Source: Acidimicrobiia bacterium
Lineage (GTDB): Bacteria; Actinomycetota; Acidimicrobiia; Spongiisociales; ZC4RG35
Direction of reading: 5' to 3'
Assembly: GCA_965215185.1 (NCBI GenBank)
Contig: OZ244034.1
Location: 1,280,001 to 1,344,000 of the forward strand
Length of the DNA stretch: 64,000 nucleotides
The translations under genes and the position numbers were made by a program. The notes beneath the pieces were generated by a model, which saw nothing but the letters and a program-made list of their open reading frames with translations, was not told the origin of the DNA and searched no databases. Shown here piece by piece: positions 22,880 through 32,915 of this stretch (position 1 is its first letter; the number at the start of each line of letters is the position of its first letter).

Positions 22880-23000
22880 CCAACACCCCCCACACAACCC
22901 TCGAACCAACCCGCAACAAAAACCGACACCCCAAGTGGTATTCACCCCCAACACACCGCCCCAATTGCCACTCTGACCTGGGCAACCACCTGGGGAGCGG

Positions 23001-23074
23001 TGGAGGTGACGGGATTTGAACCCGTGGCCCCTTCGTTGCGAACGAAGTGCTCTGCCTGGCTGAGCTACACCCCC
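23001..23074 (-). tRNA. tRNA-Ala (anticodon CGC)
   Basis: GGGGGTGTAGCTCAG...CTTCG-TTCGCAA-CGAAG...GGTTCAAATCC...CACCTCCA; G3:U70 pair. Confidence 0.96.
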
Positions 23075-23122
23075 TGGCCGGAAAGCAGTTTACCAACCAC
23101 CTTCCTTATCCTGACAGGTGGT

Positions 23123-23617
23123 TCAGCCCCCCGCAACCCGCCTCAGTACCTCTCGGGACCCCCCTTGAGCCGAGATCACCGAAGAAGCCATGCCGACCCT
23201 GCTTCCCTGGAATTGCATTGCCAAGCCGTAATAGATGATCAACAGCGCGTCCACCGCCACATGCGCCAGCCACCAGTTCAGCGATCCGGTGTACAGACCG
23301 GCCGCCACCGTAATAACCGCCATCGCAACCAAGACTGTTCGCACCCGACGACGCCGGGCAAAGGCCATCGAACCTTGCTGGACTATGGCAAATGGCACAC
23401 TGCCCAGAGGCTCTGCTGCAGCCTGCGCCACCGGCACCACCTTGACCTCCGGCGCCGGTTGAGCCTGGGGCCGCTGACTTGCCACTTTGGACTGCCGACC
23501 CCAGAAGCTCAGCGTTGAAGAGCGATGCGCCCCGGACTTCGTCGGTATCAGATACCATCCCCATACCACGACGATGACAAAAAGGGCGATAATGAGGGCG
23601 GCCACAACACCAGTCAT
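23123..23617 (-). CDS. Membrane protein, probable SepX/GlpR-like actinobacterial divisome protein
   Basis: N-terminal TM with W..YL.P, then RRRRV plus two TMs; conserved position between moaC and tRNA-Ala. Confidence 0.55.
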   Translation of the reverse strand: MTGVVAALIIALFVIVVVWGWYLIPTKSGAHRSSTLSFWGRQSKVASQRPQAQPAPEVKVVPVAQAAAEPLGSVPFAIVQQGSMAFARRRRVRTVLVAMAVITVAAGLYTGSLNWWLAHVAVDALLIIYYGLAMQFQGSRVGMASSVISAQGGSREVLRRVAGG

Positions 23618-23745
23618 TATACCGTCGGGTAGCCGGATCAGTCTTTATCCAACCAACGCGCCTGGATCACAATACCGTCACCGTGACTAAAGGGGGCCAG
23701 AGAAATTCACTGGGCGCACGGCTTTAATGCGTTATCGAACAGCCC

Positions 23746-24222
23746 TTATCGTTTCCACGTCCCCGACCTGCCGCCGCTTTTCTCCAACAGTTGCACGGGG
23801 CCGATAACCACACCTCGGTCGAGTCCTTTGACCATATCGTAGAGAGCCAATGCCGCCACAGAAACTGCCAGCATGGCCTCCATTTCCACTCCGGTCCGGG
23901 CGGTGGTACCCACCTCGGCGGTTATCGCTACTCCTCCTTCGCAGGGGGCCACCTTCACCTCGATTCCGGAAAGGGGCAAAGGATGGCATAGTGGAATGAG
24001 TTCCGATGTTCGCTTGGCGGCCATTATCCCGGCCAACCTCACCGCCGCCCAAGCATCACCTTTGGGAAGCGTCCCCTCCAAGAGCGAACGCCGCACCTCG
24101 GGGCTGATACTCACCCGGGCCTCCGCCACTGCCCGCCGCATAGTCTCCGGCTTCCCCCCCACTTCGACCATATGCATCTCCCCCCGCTCGTTGAGATGCG
24201 AATAGACCAGTTCACTACTCAT
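23746..24222 (-). CDS. moaC: Cyclic pyranopterin monophosphate synthase MoaC
   Basis: SHL...MVEV..K, KGD, AGIMAAKRTSELIPLCHP, TGVEMEA, LYDMVK, KSGGRSG. Confidence 0.96.
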   Translation of the reverse strand: MSSELVYSHLNERGEMHMVEVGGKPETMRRAVAEARVSISPEVRRSLLEGTLPKGDAWAAVRLAGIMAAKRTSELIPLCHPLPLSGIEVKVAPCEGGVAITAEVGTTARTGVEMEAMLAVSVAALALYDMVKGLDRGVVIGPVQLLEKSGGRSGTWKR

Positions 24223-25468
24223 CTGCGGCATCCTCCTCATAACGGGTCTCCGGGGACCGCAAAAGCTCGACCTCCACCGGCTCTCCTTCCCCGATCACAT
24301 CCACTCCTATGGGAACCACCGCCATGCCATCTGCCGCGGCTGCGGCCGAGAGAACATTGGACTCCTGCCCACCTGAGGAGCGAGCCACCAACCGACCGTC
24401 TTGCCGACCAATCACCACTCGGACGAAAACCGTCTTGGCTGGGTTGGTGCGAAGGGAATGGCCAGCCACCGCCGCAACTCGGGGGCGATACAGAGCCCGC
24501 GCCCCCATCATCTTCAGCAGCGAGGGGCGAACAAACTGCTCATAGGCGACCAGAGCCGACACCGGATTGCCTGGCAATCCGAACAGTGGAGCGCCGTTGA
24601 TGTGTCCGAAGGCGAAGGGCTTGGCCGGCTGCATCGCCACCTTCCACAACTCGATATCACCAAGGGTTGACAGAACCTGTTTCACTAGGTCATACTCACC
24701 CATGGAGACCCCTCCCGAGGTCACAGTCACGTCCGCACGGTGAGACGCGTCCATCAGCGCGGAGCGCAATCGATCCTCTTGGTCGGGGATGATCCCCATG
24801 TCGATGATCTCCACACCCAATTCGGCAAGCAGCCCCTTCAAGAGAGGTCTATTCGAGTCTCGTATGCCACCCGGAGGAAGGGTCCGGCACTCGGCGGGAA
24901 ACAACTCATCCCCCGTGGACAGCACCGCCACCCTGGCTCTTCTCCTCACCCTCGGCGCCGACACTCCGATGGTGGCCAAGACTCCCAGGTGAACCGGTCC
25001 GAGCCGGGTGCCCACCGGTAACACCACCTGGCCCTCGGCGAGGTCTCCTCCCACCGGCCTCACCGAGGTACCCATCGTCACCGAAGACATGATCCGCACC
25101 CTCCCTCCGGGAAGAGGCTCGGTGTCTTCTACTTTTACCACCGCCTCCGCGCCGGGTGGGATCTGCGCTCCGGTCATGATCTTGATAACCGTTCCCGGAC
25201 CCACCGAGCCGGTCGCGACCCAGCCGGCCGGCACATCCTCTGTGATCCTCAAGACCACAGGCGGGTCGGCCACATCCGCAACCCGGACGGCATATCCGTC
25301 CATGGCGGAATTCGCAAAATGGGGAACCGGATGAGGGGCGACCACATCGGAAGCCAAAGCCAATCCCTGCGCCTGTTCCAAGGGAATTTCCAAGGTGGGC
25401 AACAGCCTCATGGTGGATAACACCTCTCGCCGAGCCGCGGCCAGAGGCTTCATCTCCTCAGCGACCAT
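24215..25468 (-). CDS. moeA: Molybdopterin molybdenumtransferase MoeA
   Basis: NSAMDGYA, IMTGA, STGDEL, SGGVSMG, GLPGNPVS. Confidence 0.96.
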   Translation of the reverse strand: MVAEEMKPLAAARREVLSTMRLLPTLEIPLEQAQGLALASDVVAPHPVPHFANSAMDGYAVRVADVADPPVVLRITEDVPAGWVATGSVGPGTVIKIMTGAQIPPGAEAVVKVEDTEPLPGGRVRIMSSVTMGTSVRPVGGDLAEGQVVLPVGTRLGPVHLGVLATIGVSAPRVRRRARVAVLSTGDELFPAECRTLPPGGIRDSNRPLLKGLLAELGVEIIDMGIIPDQEDRLRSALMDASHRADVTVTSGGVSMGEYDLVKQVLSTLGDIELWKVAMQPAKPFAFGHINGAPLFGLPGNPVSALVAYEQFVRPSLLKMMGARALYRPRVAAVAGHSLRTNPAKTVFVRVVIGRQDGRLVARSSGGQESNVLSAAAAADGMAVVPIGVDVIGEGEPVEVELLRSPETRYEEDAADE

Positions 25469-25470
25469 TC

Positions 25471-26085
25471 TCAATCCGAGTCGGACTTTCTCTCCCTCCA
25501 CGTGATGAAGTTAGACCTATGCCGATAGAGAATGAGAACCACCGCCACCAGCAACCATATCAGAGCCGGAAACTCCATACCCTGCCAGAAACTGATGGGC
25601 AAATACAAGATCGCCACCACCGTTGAACCTGCCGCCGGGAATTTGGCCACTCGCGCCAGCAGGACCCACACCACGCCCATCACCACCGTTATCACCGGAA
25701 AAACAAAGAGCATGGCCCCAAAGAGGGTCGCCATCCCCTTGCCTCCCCGAAAACGATGGAAAACCGGATAGCAATGTCCGATCACTGCCGCGGCCCCGGC
25801 CAACATCACCTCCCAGGAGTTCACAGGGTCGATCAACTGCTCTGGGTTGACCGCCCCTGCCGCCCACAATCCCAAGACCGCCGCCGCCACTCCTTTCAGC
25901 AGGTCCCCCACCAGCACCATGATCCCGGGCAGACGCCCCACCACCCGAAACACATTGGCGGTTCCGGGGTTGCCGCTGCCGTGGGCGCGGATGTCAACGC
26001 CATGGAGCCGACTCACGAAAATCGCAAAGTCGATGGAACCGATCAGATAGGCGGCGGCGACCGCTAGTAAGACAGATGCTTCCAT
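25471..26085 (-). CDS. plsY: Glycerol-3-phosphate acyltransferase PlsY
   Basis: YLIGSI, GSGNPGTANV.R, DLLKG, GHCYPVF..FRGGKG, RHRSN. Confidence 0.95.
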   Translation of the reverse strand: MEASVLLAVAAAYLIGSIDFAIFVSRLHGVDIRAHGSGNPGTANVFRVVGRLPGIMVLVGDLLKGVAAAVLGLWAAGAVNPEQLIDPVNSWEVMLAGAAAVIGHCYPVFHRFRGGKGMATLFGAMLFVFPVITVVMGVVWVLLARVAKFPAAGSTVVAILYLPISFWQGMEFPALIWLLVAVVLILYRHRSNFITWRERKSDSD

Positions 26086-26174
26086 TTGGAACCCAGTTTA
26101 TGCTCCTCGCGCCGCGGTATGTATCCTCAGCTTCGAGTCTCCTCGTAAAGGAATCACAACTTACCTAATGCACT

Positions 26175-26486
26175 ATGCCTACCTATGAGTACCTTTGTCG
26201 CCAGTGCGGTGATCATTTGGACGTGATACAGTCGTTCTCCGACACGCCTCTCACTCGACATGATTCCTGCGGAGGGTCCCTTCGCAAGGTCTTCCATGCC
26301 CGGGGGGTGGTCTTCAAGGGATCGGGCTTTTACGCAACCGACTCCCGCAGGCCCAACCCTGCCATCTCGGGGTCCAACGGAGAATCCTCTTCAGCTTCCC
26401 AGGACAAAAAATCTTCGGATTCCAAGTCGGAGAGTGAAAAGTCCCCAGTGAAGGCTTCGAAAAGCGAGAAAGCCGCCTCAGAGTAG
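26175..26486 (+). CDS. FmdB-family zinc-ribbon protein
   Basis: MPTYEYLCRQCG...FKGSGFYATDSR with a low-complexity tail. Confidence 0.92.
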   Translation: MPTYEYLCRQCGDHLDVIQSFSDTPLTRHDSCGGSLRKVFHARGVVFKGSGFYATDSRRPNPAISGSNGESSSASQDKKSSDSKSESEKSPVKASKSEKAASE

Positions 26487-26596
26487 CTTCTTGCTGCCCG
26501 ACCTTCGGGCGAGATTAGGAAACTTCGGGGTGACTCGCGAGAAAAGCCGTTTCCCCCTCTGGCCCTCAGCCTGCCTAGACGAGCCCATCATGTGGA

Positions 26597-27139
26597 ATGC
26601 TGTGGTTTGCTCCCCGCCCCTATCTCAAATGGGCGGGGGCTGTTGCGTTGGTGGGTTTCTCCTGGTGGATACAACTTACGCCAACTCCCATGACGATTCA
26701 TCCCTTTGTCAGAACCGATATCGGCCCAGGCGTGGAGATCTCCAACGACCTCTTCGAATGGCGAGAGATACCGGAAGGGGTTTTGCCGCCCATCAACCCG
26801 CAAGAAACCCTGGCTATGGGGATGGCTGCAGGAGATCCACTCCTCCCCTCATTTCTCTCGAGGGATGAACCGACCGTACCCGATGGTTGGTGGGTGCTGG
26901 AATTGGAGGCGCCGCCGGGCCTCCTGCCAGGCCGATATGTGCTGCTGGTGGCGGGGGGAGACGGACTCTCCTCCTTCGACCAGCCGATACCCGGAATGGT
27001 GATCCGCTCTCTGACCGGAATGCGCGATGCCGAGGAAATGGCCCTGATCGCCGTCCCAGGAGAGCATCTGACTCGGGTCTCCTCGGCCGCGGCCTACGGA
27101 ACACTGGCCGTGGCGGTGGCCGTGGCACCGAACCACTAG
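26597..27139 (+). CDS. SAF-domain-like membrane-anchored protein
   Basis: N-terminal TM, D..PG..I SAF-like segment, L.PG..V.LV; usual neighbour of FmdB in actinobacteria. Confidence 0.6.
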   Translation: MLWFAPRPYLKWAGAVALVGFSWWIQLTPTPMTIHPFVRTDIGPGVEISNDLFEWREIPEGVLPPINPQETLAMGMAAGDPLLPSFLSRDEPTVPDGWWVLELEAPPGLLPGRYVLLVAGGDGLSSFDQPIPGMVIRSLTGMRDAEEMALIAVPGEHLTRVSSAAAYGTLAVAVAVAPNH

Positions 27140-27150
27140 CGTGTCATCCC

Positions 27151-27924
27151 ATGCTCAACGCGCTCATCTGGGGCACCCTGCAGGGCCTAACCGAATTCCT
27201 TCCGGTCTCCTCCAGCGGTCACCTGGTCCTGGTCCCCGCCTTGCTGTCGAAAGCGGGAGTTTCGGTCGCCACTCCCTCCTTGACGCACAGCGCCTTCCTT
27301 CATCTAGGGACCTTAGCCGCGGTGGTGTTTTACTACCGTCGCGATCTGCGGGAGCTGTCCAGATTCCGAAGCTCCCCGCAAGCGCGCCACATCCTTTTGC
27401 TGCTGGCGATTGGCACCGCCCCCGCCGCCCTCGGCCTGGTGGTGGAGGACTGGGTGGAGAGCGCCCAGGAAACCCCGGCGCTGGTGTCGGGAGCTCTGCT
27501 GTTCACCGCCGCGGCACTCGTAGCCGGACAGTGGCTGATCAAACGATGCGGGAAGCTAGAAGACGCCGGGTGGAGGGACGGGCTATGGGTAGGGCTGACC
27601 CAAACCCTGGCCTTCATGCCGGGGATTTCCCGTTCGGCGGTGACCATCACTGCCGGGATGGCCCGGGGACTCTCCCCCGAACAGGCTACGCGCTACTCCT
27701 TCTTGCTGGCGGTACCCGCCATCGTTGCCGCGGGAGGCCGATCCCTCATCCAGATGGACTTCGCGTCCGACTCCCTGGGACCCGCTCTGCTGGGCCTGGG
27801 AATGGCGGCAGTGGTGGGGTACCTGTCCATTGTCGGTCTGCTGTCGATGTTGCGAAGGATCGGGCTCGCGCCTTTTGCCGTCTACGCGGCCGCCCTCGGG
27901 GCGGTGGGCCTTTATCTCTTCTAG
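27151..27924 (+). CDS. uppP: Undecaprenyl-diphosphatase UppP (BacA)
   Basis: QGLTEFLPVSSSGHL, HLGT, PGISRS, SFLLAVP. Confidence 0.95.
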   Translation: MLNALIWGTLQGLTEFLPVSSSGHLVLVPALLSKAGVSVATPSLTHSAFLHLGTLAAVVFYYRRDLRELSRFRSSPQARHILLLLAIGTAPAALGLVVEDWVESAQETPALVSGALLFTAAALVAGQWLIKRCGKLEDAGWRDGLWVGLTQTLAFMPGISRSAVTITAGMARGLSPEQATRYSFLLAVPAIVAAGGRSLIQMDFASDSLGPALLGLGMAAVVGYLSIVGLLSMLRRIGLAPFAVYAAALGAVGLYLF

Positions 27925-28098
27925 ATCGGGGCAGCACTCAAACGCATCACATCCGTCCCAGACCGATCGCCTTCCGTCCCTCAGCCCACCAGATGCGGCT
28001 TCGATGTGGCGGAAACCACGATCTCGATCCGATCGGAATCGGAAATCAGCGCCAATAGCGTCAAGGGGGCAGATCCGGCCACCTGCACAGTTACCGGG

Positions 28099-28154
28099 TA
28101 GTGGTTCAGTTTGGCCCTCCGACCTGCGGATTCACCCTCCAAACTGAACCAGTA
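28099..28154. mobile_element. TA-bounded miniature inverted-repeat element (MITE-like scar)
   Basis: TAGTGGTTCAGTTTGG ... CCAAACTGAACCAGTA: 16-bp IR with 1 mismatch around a 24-bp core. Confidence 0.6.
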
Positions 28155-28272
28155 GCGGGAACTCGTTAGGGGGTGGAGTGGGTGTGCATTGACCGGATCT
28201 GGACGAGGACCTCAGCGTCGCGGGGACGCTGATCGGCGGACCGCCTGGGGAGTCAGCCCGGTCGAGAAACCC

Positions 28273-29001
28273 CTACCACCCTGATGCGGGATCGGGTAAC
28301 CGTGAAAGGGTGGCTAGTTCGATAACCGCGACGGAGAAGTCGTCGGTGTTTCTTGACCGGATAGCCACCTGCGTTAGTTGGTCGGGCACGTTTTCGAGAG
28401 GTCCGATCATAGCCTTTAACAGCGTTGCCCGGTTGGTACGGCCAAACAACCCATCAGTTGCTGCCAGGATCCTCCCGTCCCTCAAGGGAACCGTGGTGGT
28501 ATGAACCTGGATGGGATGAAACCAGGGATGGCCTCCCAGGGTTTGGGTGATATACCCTCCGTCCCAGTCGTCCACAGTGACCGGTGTCAGTTGCTCGCCG
28601 GTGTGAAGGTACACCCGGGAGTCACCTACATGGAACACGATCACCATGTCAGTGGTGACGAGGACACCGGCGATGGTGGTGCCCATGTTCCGAAGGCCTT
28701 TGTCGACCAGCATCGTCTCATACAGGAACCGATTGGCCTCCTCCACAAGGGCTATCAGGTCCTGTTCCGTATTGACCTGGGGACTTCCCGACGCTATCAC
28801 TTCCGCTGCCAGGGCTGCTGCTATTTCACCAGCGGAATGACCACCCAATCCGTCCAACACGGCCACCAGGTTTGGGGTTTCAACCGCGAACATGACTGTG
28901 GTCGGCTGGTCACTGTCAACCACCGTGTCGCTGACAACCACCCGGTCCTGGTTAATCTTTCTGCCCCATCCCCGACGGGTCAGAACAGCCACCCTCAGCA
29001 T
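28273..29001 (-). CDS. PP2C/PPM-family protein phosphatase
   Basis: NQD, VLDGLGGH..GE.A, MGTT, HVGDSRVY, ATDGL, DDFSV. Confidence 0.92.
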   Translation of the reverse strand: MLRVAVLTRRGWGRKINQDRVVVSDTVVDSDQPTTVMFAVETPNLVAVLDGLGGHSAGEIAAALAAEVIASGSPQVNTEQDLIALVEEANRFLYETMLVDKGLRNMGTTIAGVLVTTDMVIVFHVGDSRVYLHTGEQLTPVTVDDWDGGYITQTLGGHPWFHPIQVHTTTVPLRDGRILAATDGLFGRTNRATLLKAMIGPLENVPDQLTQVAIRSRNTDDFSVAVIELATLSRLPDPASGW

Positions 29002-29479
29002 TCAACCACCCCCCATCTGAACTCCCGGCAGCGCCCTTGCTTCGTGAAAGGCCACGGTCGTTTTGGTTTCATGCTACGACTCTTAAAGATGTTCGGTCAG
29101 GACTCCGTCACGATAGTGCTGGCTCTGTGACAGAGTTCCAACACAGAGACCTTGGAACTCTCGCAGCGCGAACGAAAATCGCTGACCGTGACCGCTCCAT
29201 CATCACTCCTTCTAACTCTACTAACCAGAGCCTCAGATCAGGCGCCACTCTTCGCCTCAGTAAAGACGATTCCCCAAGATGGGGCACATGACAGACCTTC
29301 CCACCCGACCTGCACATTAGACGCATGAGAATAATTCCTACTTACGCGCAATATTGCATCTAGCGAACAGGTGGGCGCCACCAATCCCACATTGTGTAGA
29401 GAGGGATTGGCGATGCCACATCCCGTACTTCGGGAGTAAGACTCCTCCCGTTGCATTCGCTGGACTACCAGCCTTCCCA

Positions 29480-29728
29480 ACGAAACCTGCCCACAAACCC
29501 CAGGGCGGCTCCGCTACAAGTGGTACACCAGAAGGCGTGTATGCCCTGGCCGAACCCACTGGCGGCGCCCGCCCAAGGGTGGTGTTTGTGATGCGTCAAC
29601 GCCACGACACGGTAGAAGCCGGACAGCGGGTGGGCAGTCCCGCCCACCCCTTCTACCTGGTATATGTCCAAGACGGCGGGCAGATCAGCTACGGATGCGC
29701 CAACACCCGCCAAGTGTCGGAAGCGTAG
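29480..29728 (+). pseudogene. Possible C-terminal remnant of an SNF2-type helicase of RM-associated loci
   Basis: VVFVMRQ...AHPFYLVYVQDGGQI resembles the tail of such helicases (from memory); no upstream body is present. Confidence 0.35.
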
Positions 29729-30486
29729 CCTTCGACAAACACGGGGCGGTTCACCACACATCCCACAAAGACGCCCAGGGCGAGGGTTGAGAGAGTGCCT
29801 TCACCGCAAAGGGTGTCACCCTTGAAAAGCGGTGGCCTCCCTGCGAAGTCGGTGAACCGACGTTTTCCATCTAGGACTCCTCCCCCAGCGTGAGACCGAG
29901 GGGTGCTACCAAGACTCGGCGTCGAGGTTGATATGGAAACCGAACGAGCGGACGCTTCAGGGCGAGAGCATGATGGACTTGTTGAAACGCGGCGACTACG
30001 AAGGCACCCTAGGGTATCTGCTGTGGGTGTCAGATTTCATTCCCAATATAGAATCGGTCGCACACGTCTGGGCCTAAAACGAGAACGGCGGGGATAGAAC
30101 CCTATTTCGTAAATTTTGAGGGCAGATGAGTGGACGAGAAGAAATCGTAGACCACGAGACGAGCAAAGATTTCTTCTAGTGTCTAGCTTCGTAACCTTTC
30201 GAGTCGGACTAGCCCCCTGAGGGGATACTGCTACTCAAACAACGAGGCAATTCACGCTACAAACGATAGCTTCTTAGCTTCGCGTATGCACACGCCGGGC
30301 TACTTCAGACCCCCCGATCAGGCCGCAACAGCACGCTCCAAGTTCCGACGCGGCTAATCAGTACCTCTATGCGGAACGATCACCCAAGCCATTATCCACA
30401 ACCTTGCTATTGTGCTATAAGGAAGAACCTACAAGATTAGCATTGTTACAGGAGGGGTTGGTGATTGTATTGAAAGAGAGACTGTT

Positions 30487-30951
30487 ATGAGACACATGGG
30501 AACGGACGCTCGACGCCGCATGGACGAAAGGTACCGCCGTCTAGGTCCCCTGTCCGAAATGGGACGCCCTCATCGAGGCTGGATCCGCGCTGTCCGAGAC
30601 GCACTGGGTATGTCCACCACGGAACTAGCCCGTCGGTTGGGCATCAGCCAGCAACGGATAACCGCTCTCGAACAGGGAGAGTTGCGGCTCTCCATCCAAC
30701 TCAACACGTTGAAACGGGTCGCTGACGCTCTTGATTGCGAACTCATATACGCCCTGGTACCCAGAACAAGTCTCACTGAGGCCGTCAAGGAGCAAGCAAG
30801 ACGCAAAGCGGAGCAACATCTAGAGTGGGTCGCGCACCATAGCCGCCTAGAAAACCAAGAGACCGACGACATCCTCAATGCCCGGACCGAGGACCTGGCC
30901 GAAGAACTCACGAACCGCAGAGGACTGTGGAGCCACTCTCCACACCGATGA
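30487..30951 (+). CDS. Mobile mystery protein A (XRE-HTH)
   Basis: P..GWIRAVRDALGMS..ELARRLG, A.AL.CELIYALVP, LENQ, terminal LW; ATGA overlap with the Fic gene. Confidence 0.92.
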   Translation: MRHMGTDARRRMDERYRRLGPLSEMGRPHRGWIRAVRDALGMSTTELARRLGISQQRITALEQGELRLSIQLNTLKRVADALDCELIYALVPRTSLTEAVKEQARRKAEQHLEWVAHHSRLENQETDDILNARTEDLAEELTNRRGLWSHSPHR

Positions 30952-31535
30952 CCGGACCGTTCCTCCCCGAAGGTGACGGGCACACCGCACTGTCCGACGA
31001 GGACCGCTTTGGTTTGATCCCATCCCACATCGCAACTCGCGGCGACCTGTTCGATGCCGAGGAACGCAACATCGCCCATGCACTGCTACGGCCGTTCCCG
31101 AAAATCCGTGTGCTGTTGGACGACCTATACCTTCGTGACCTTCACCGAGCAATGTTCGGCCAGGTGTATCAGTGGGCCGGCCAGTACAGGCAACGCGCGA
31201 CCAACATCGGGATGGACCCGACCGTCATCGCCACGGCGGTGCGGTTGCTAGTTGAGAACGTCGCCACCTGGGTGGAATACGGAACATACGAACCCGACGA
31301 AATCTGTGTGCGCTTCCATCACCAGCTCGTCTCTATACACCCCTTCCCCAACGGGAACGGTCGGCACAGCCGAATCTGCGCCGACTATCTCGTCACCGCC
31401 CTGGGAATGCCACCGTTCAGTTGGGGTAGGGGTCTTGGCGTGACAACCAGCAAGTTGAGGTGGCACTACCAAACCGCTCTTAGAGCCGCCGACGCTGGCA
31501 AAATACGAGACCTCTTAATCTTCGCCCGAAGTTGA
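30948..31535 (+). CDS. Mobile mystery protein B (Fic domain)
   Basis: G.T.L...GLIP, LH..MFG.V..WAG.YR, HPFPNGNGRHSR, Y..ALRAAD. Confidence 0.93.
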   Translation: MTGPFLPEGDGHTALSDEDRFGLIPSHIATRGDLFDAEERNIAHALLRPFPKIRVLLDDLYLRDLHRAMFGQVYQWAGQYRQRATNIGMDPTVIATAVRLLVENVATWVEYGTYEPDEICVRFHHQLVSIHPFPNGNGRHSRICADYLVTALGMPPFSWGRGLGVTTSKLRWHYQTALRAADAGKIRDLLIFARS

Positions 31536-32411
31536 TGCCCGGCCAGCAACGGCATTATGGTGGGACTGGCGCCAAGACAGCGTTTTCCTAGGTCAGAGGG
31601 TTGCCCGAAAGCGGGTTTGAAAGGAAAATTTCCAGTTGTGGCAGGAAATTCACACCGTGGGTAGTGCCCCCGTTCGGGGTTGATACGACACCCGAAGATA
31701 AATCTGTGGTTTATGCCTCCCCTGGACTCCCGAACGAACTCACCACCTTAATAAGCGGCTTCTACACACAGTGCCAAGCCGTGACGTGTGGCGGGCTTTA
31801 TGTTAGATGTCATGGAACAGGACAGACGGGCTACTTTTTCTTGGCGACCTCCAATCGGCTGAAGGGGTGCTGCATGTCGTGTGGGAGCGTTGCGGCGATC
31901 ACGGTATCCTTCCCTGACTTACAAAGAAATGAGACATTCCGAAACGGTCACCACACCCAAAAACAGAGGGATCATTGAGGTACGCCTATGACCCCAATTG
32001 GCAGTCGGTGGCGGCGGTTTTCGAACCGGACCTCACCTCGGGATCTGGCTTACAAACAGTGGTGGCTTGCACTGCTGAAGCACCAGGGGTTGTAATGAGC
32101 TTGGTCAGCGGCTAATACGGGTATGTAGCCAGAGATGGAAAGGGACATTGTTTGCTGTACCGTGGTTGCTCGCCCAAAGGGACAATGGTGGAACTGCTAA
32201 TACCTGTCGCCCACACCCCAGGGGCACGGTGAACAACAACGGGTGGTGTTCTTGGTTTTCCAGACGGCAAGGGGCTGAGGGCGCGGCGCCGTTTGGGGGC
32301 GATAGCTCTGACCGCACCGAAGGGCTTTCCTCGTTGGCAAGCCAACCCAACCGATTGGCCGACATCTTATTAGACTGCTACCTTAGAATCCTCGAAAGAG
32401 ATTGGATGCCT

Positions 32412-32720
32412 ATGCAGGAAATACAGGTCACCACTGTTGTCTGGCAAGAAGACGGTTGGTTTGTAGCGCAGGCATTGGAAGTTGATGTTGCAAGTCAAGG
32501 CGAGTCGCCTTATGCAGCCCTTGACAACCTTGGTGAGGCATTGGAGCTCCATTTCGAACCGCCCCGTCCCACCGTGTTACCAGAAGTTCATCATCTCCTA
32601 GCGAAGGTTGCGCGGCTTAAATTCGCTCCCCTACCGACAGGTTGCCCGCAAACTGCGCAGAGCGGGGTTTGCACGCAAAGTCGATGTGTTGAGCATGAAC
32701 GGAGTGCGCCACCCTCCTGA
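32412..32720 (+). pseudogene. HicB-like antitoxin followed by an overlapping decayed HicA-like toxin start (~32608)
   Basis: VVWQEDGWFVAQALEVDVASQGES...ALDNLGEALELHFE; in another frame LPYRQVARKLRRAGF. Confidence 0.7.
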
Positions 32721-32915
32721 CGAATGGGGGCCAAGATCGCCGCGATCGGATACACAAAGATGCGGTGCCCCTCTGACTGCAAAGAGGGTTTGACGCTGAA
32801 AAATGCCGTCCCAAATCAGAGGCTCTCACCAATTGTCCTAAATCGGGGGGTAAAGAACCCGCTTGGTTTTGGGATGTGCGGCCGGGGTGGTCAGGAAGTG
32901 GCGGCGGGTGCGCTT

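Noticed and set aside
27924-27937. att-like similarity to the tRNA-Glu 3' end (GATCGGGGCAGC)
   Set aside because: It is short, mismatched and in inverted rather than direct orientation.
29770-30480. Possible decayed gene or ncRNA
   Set aside because: Only short interrupted frames, with no recognisable motif or convincing structure.
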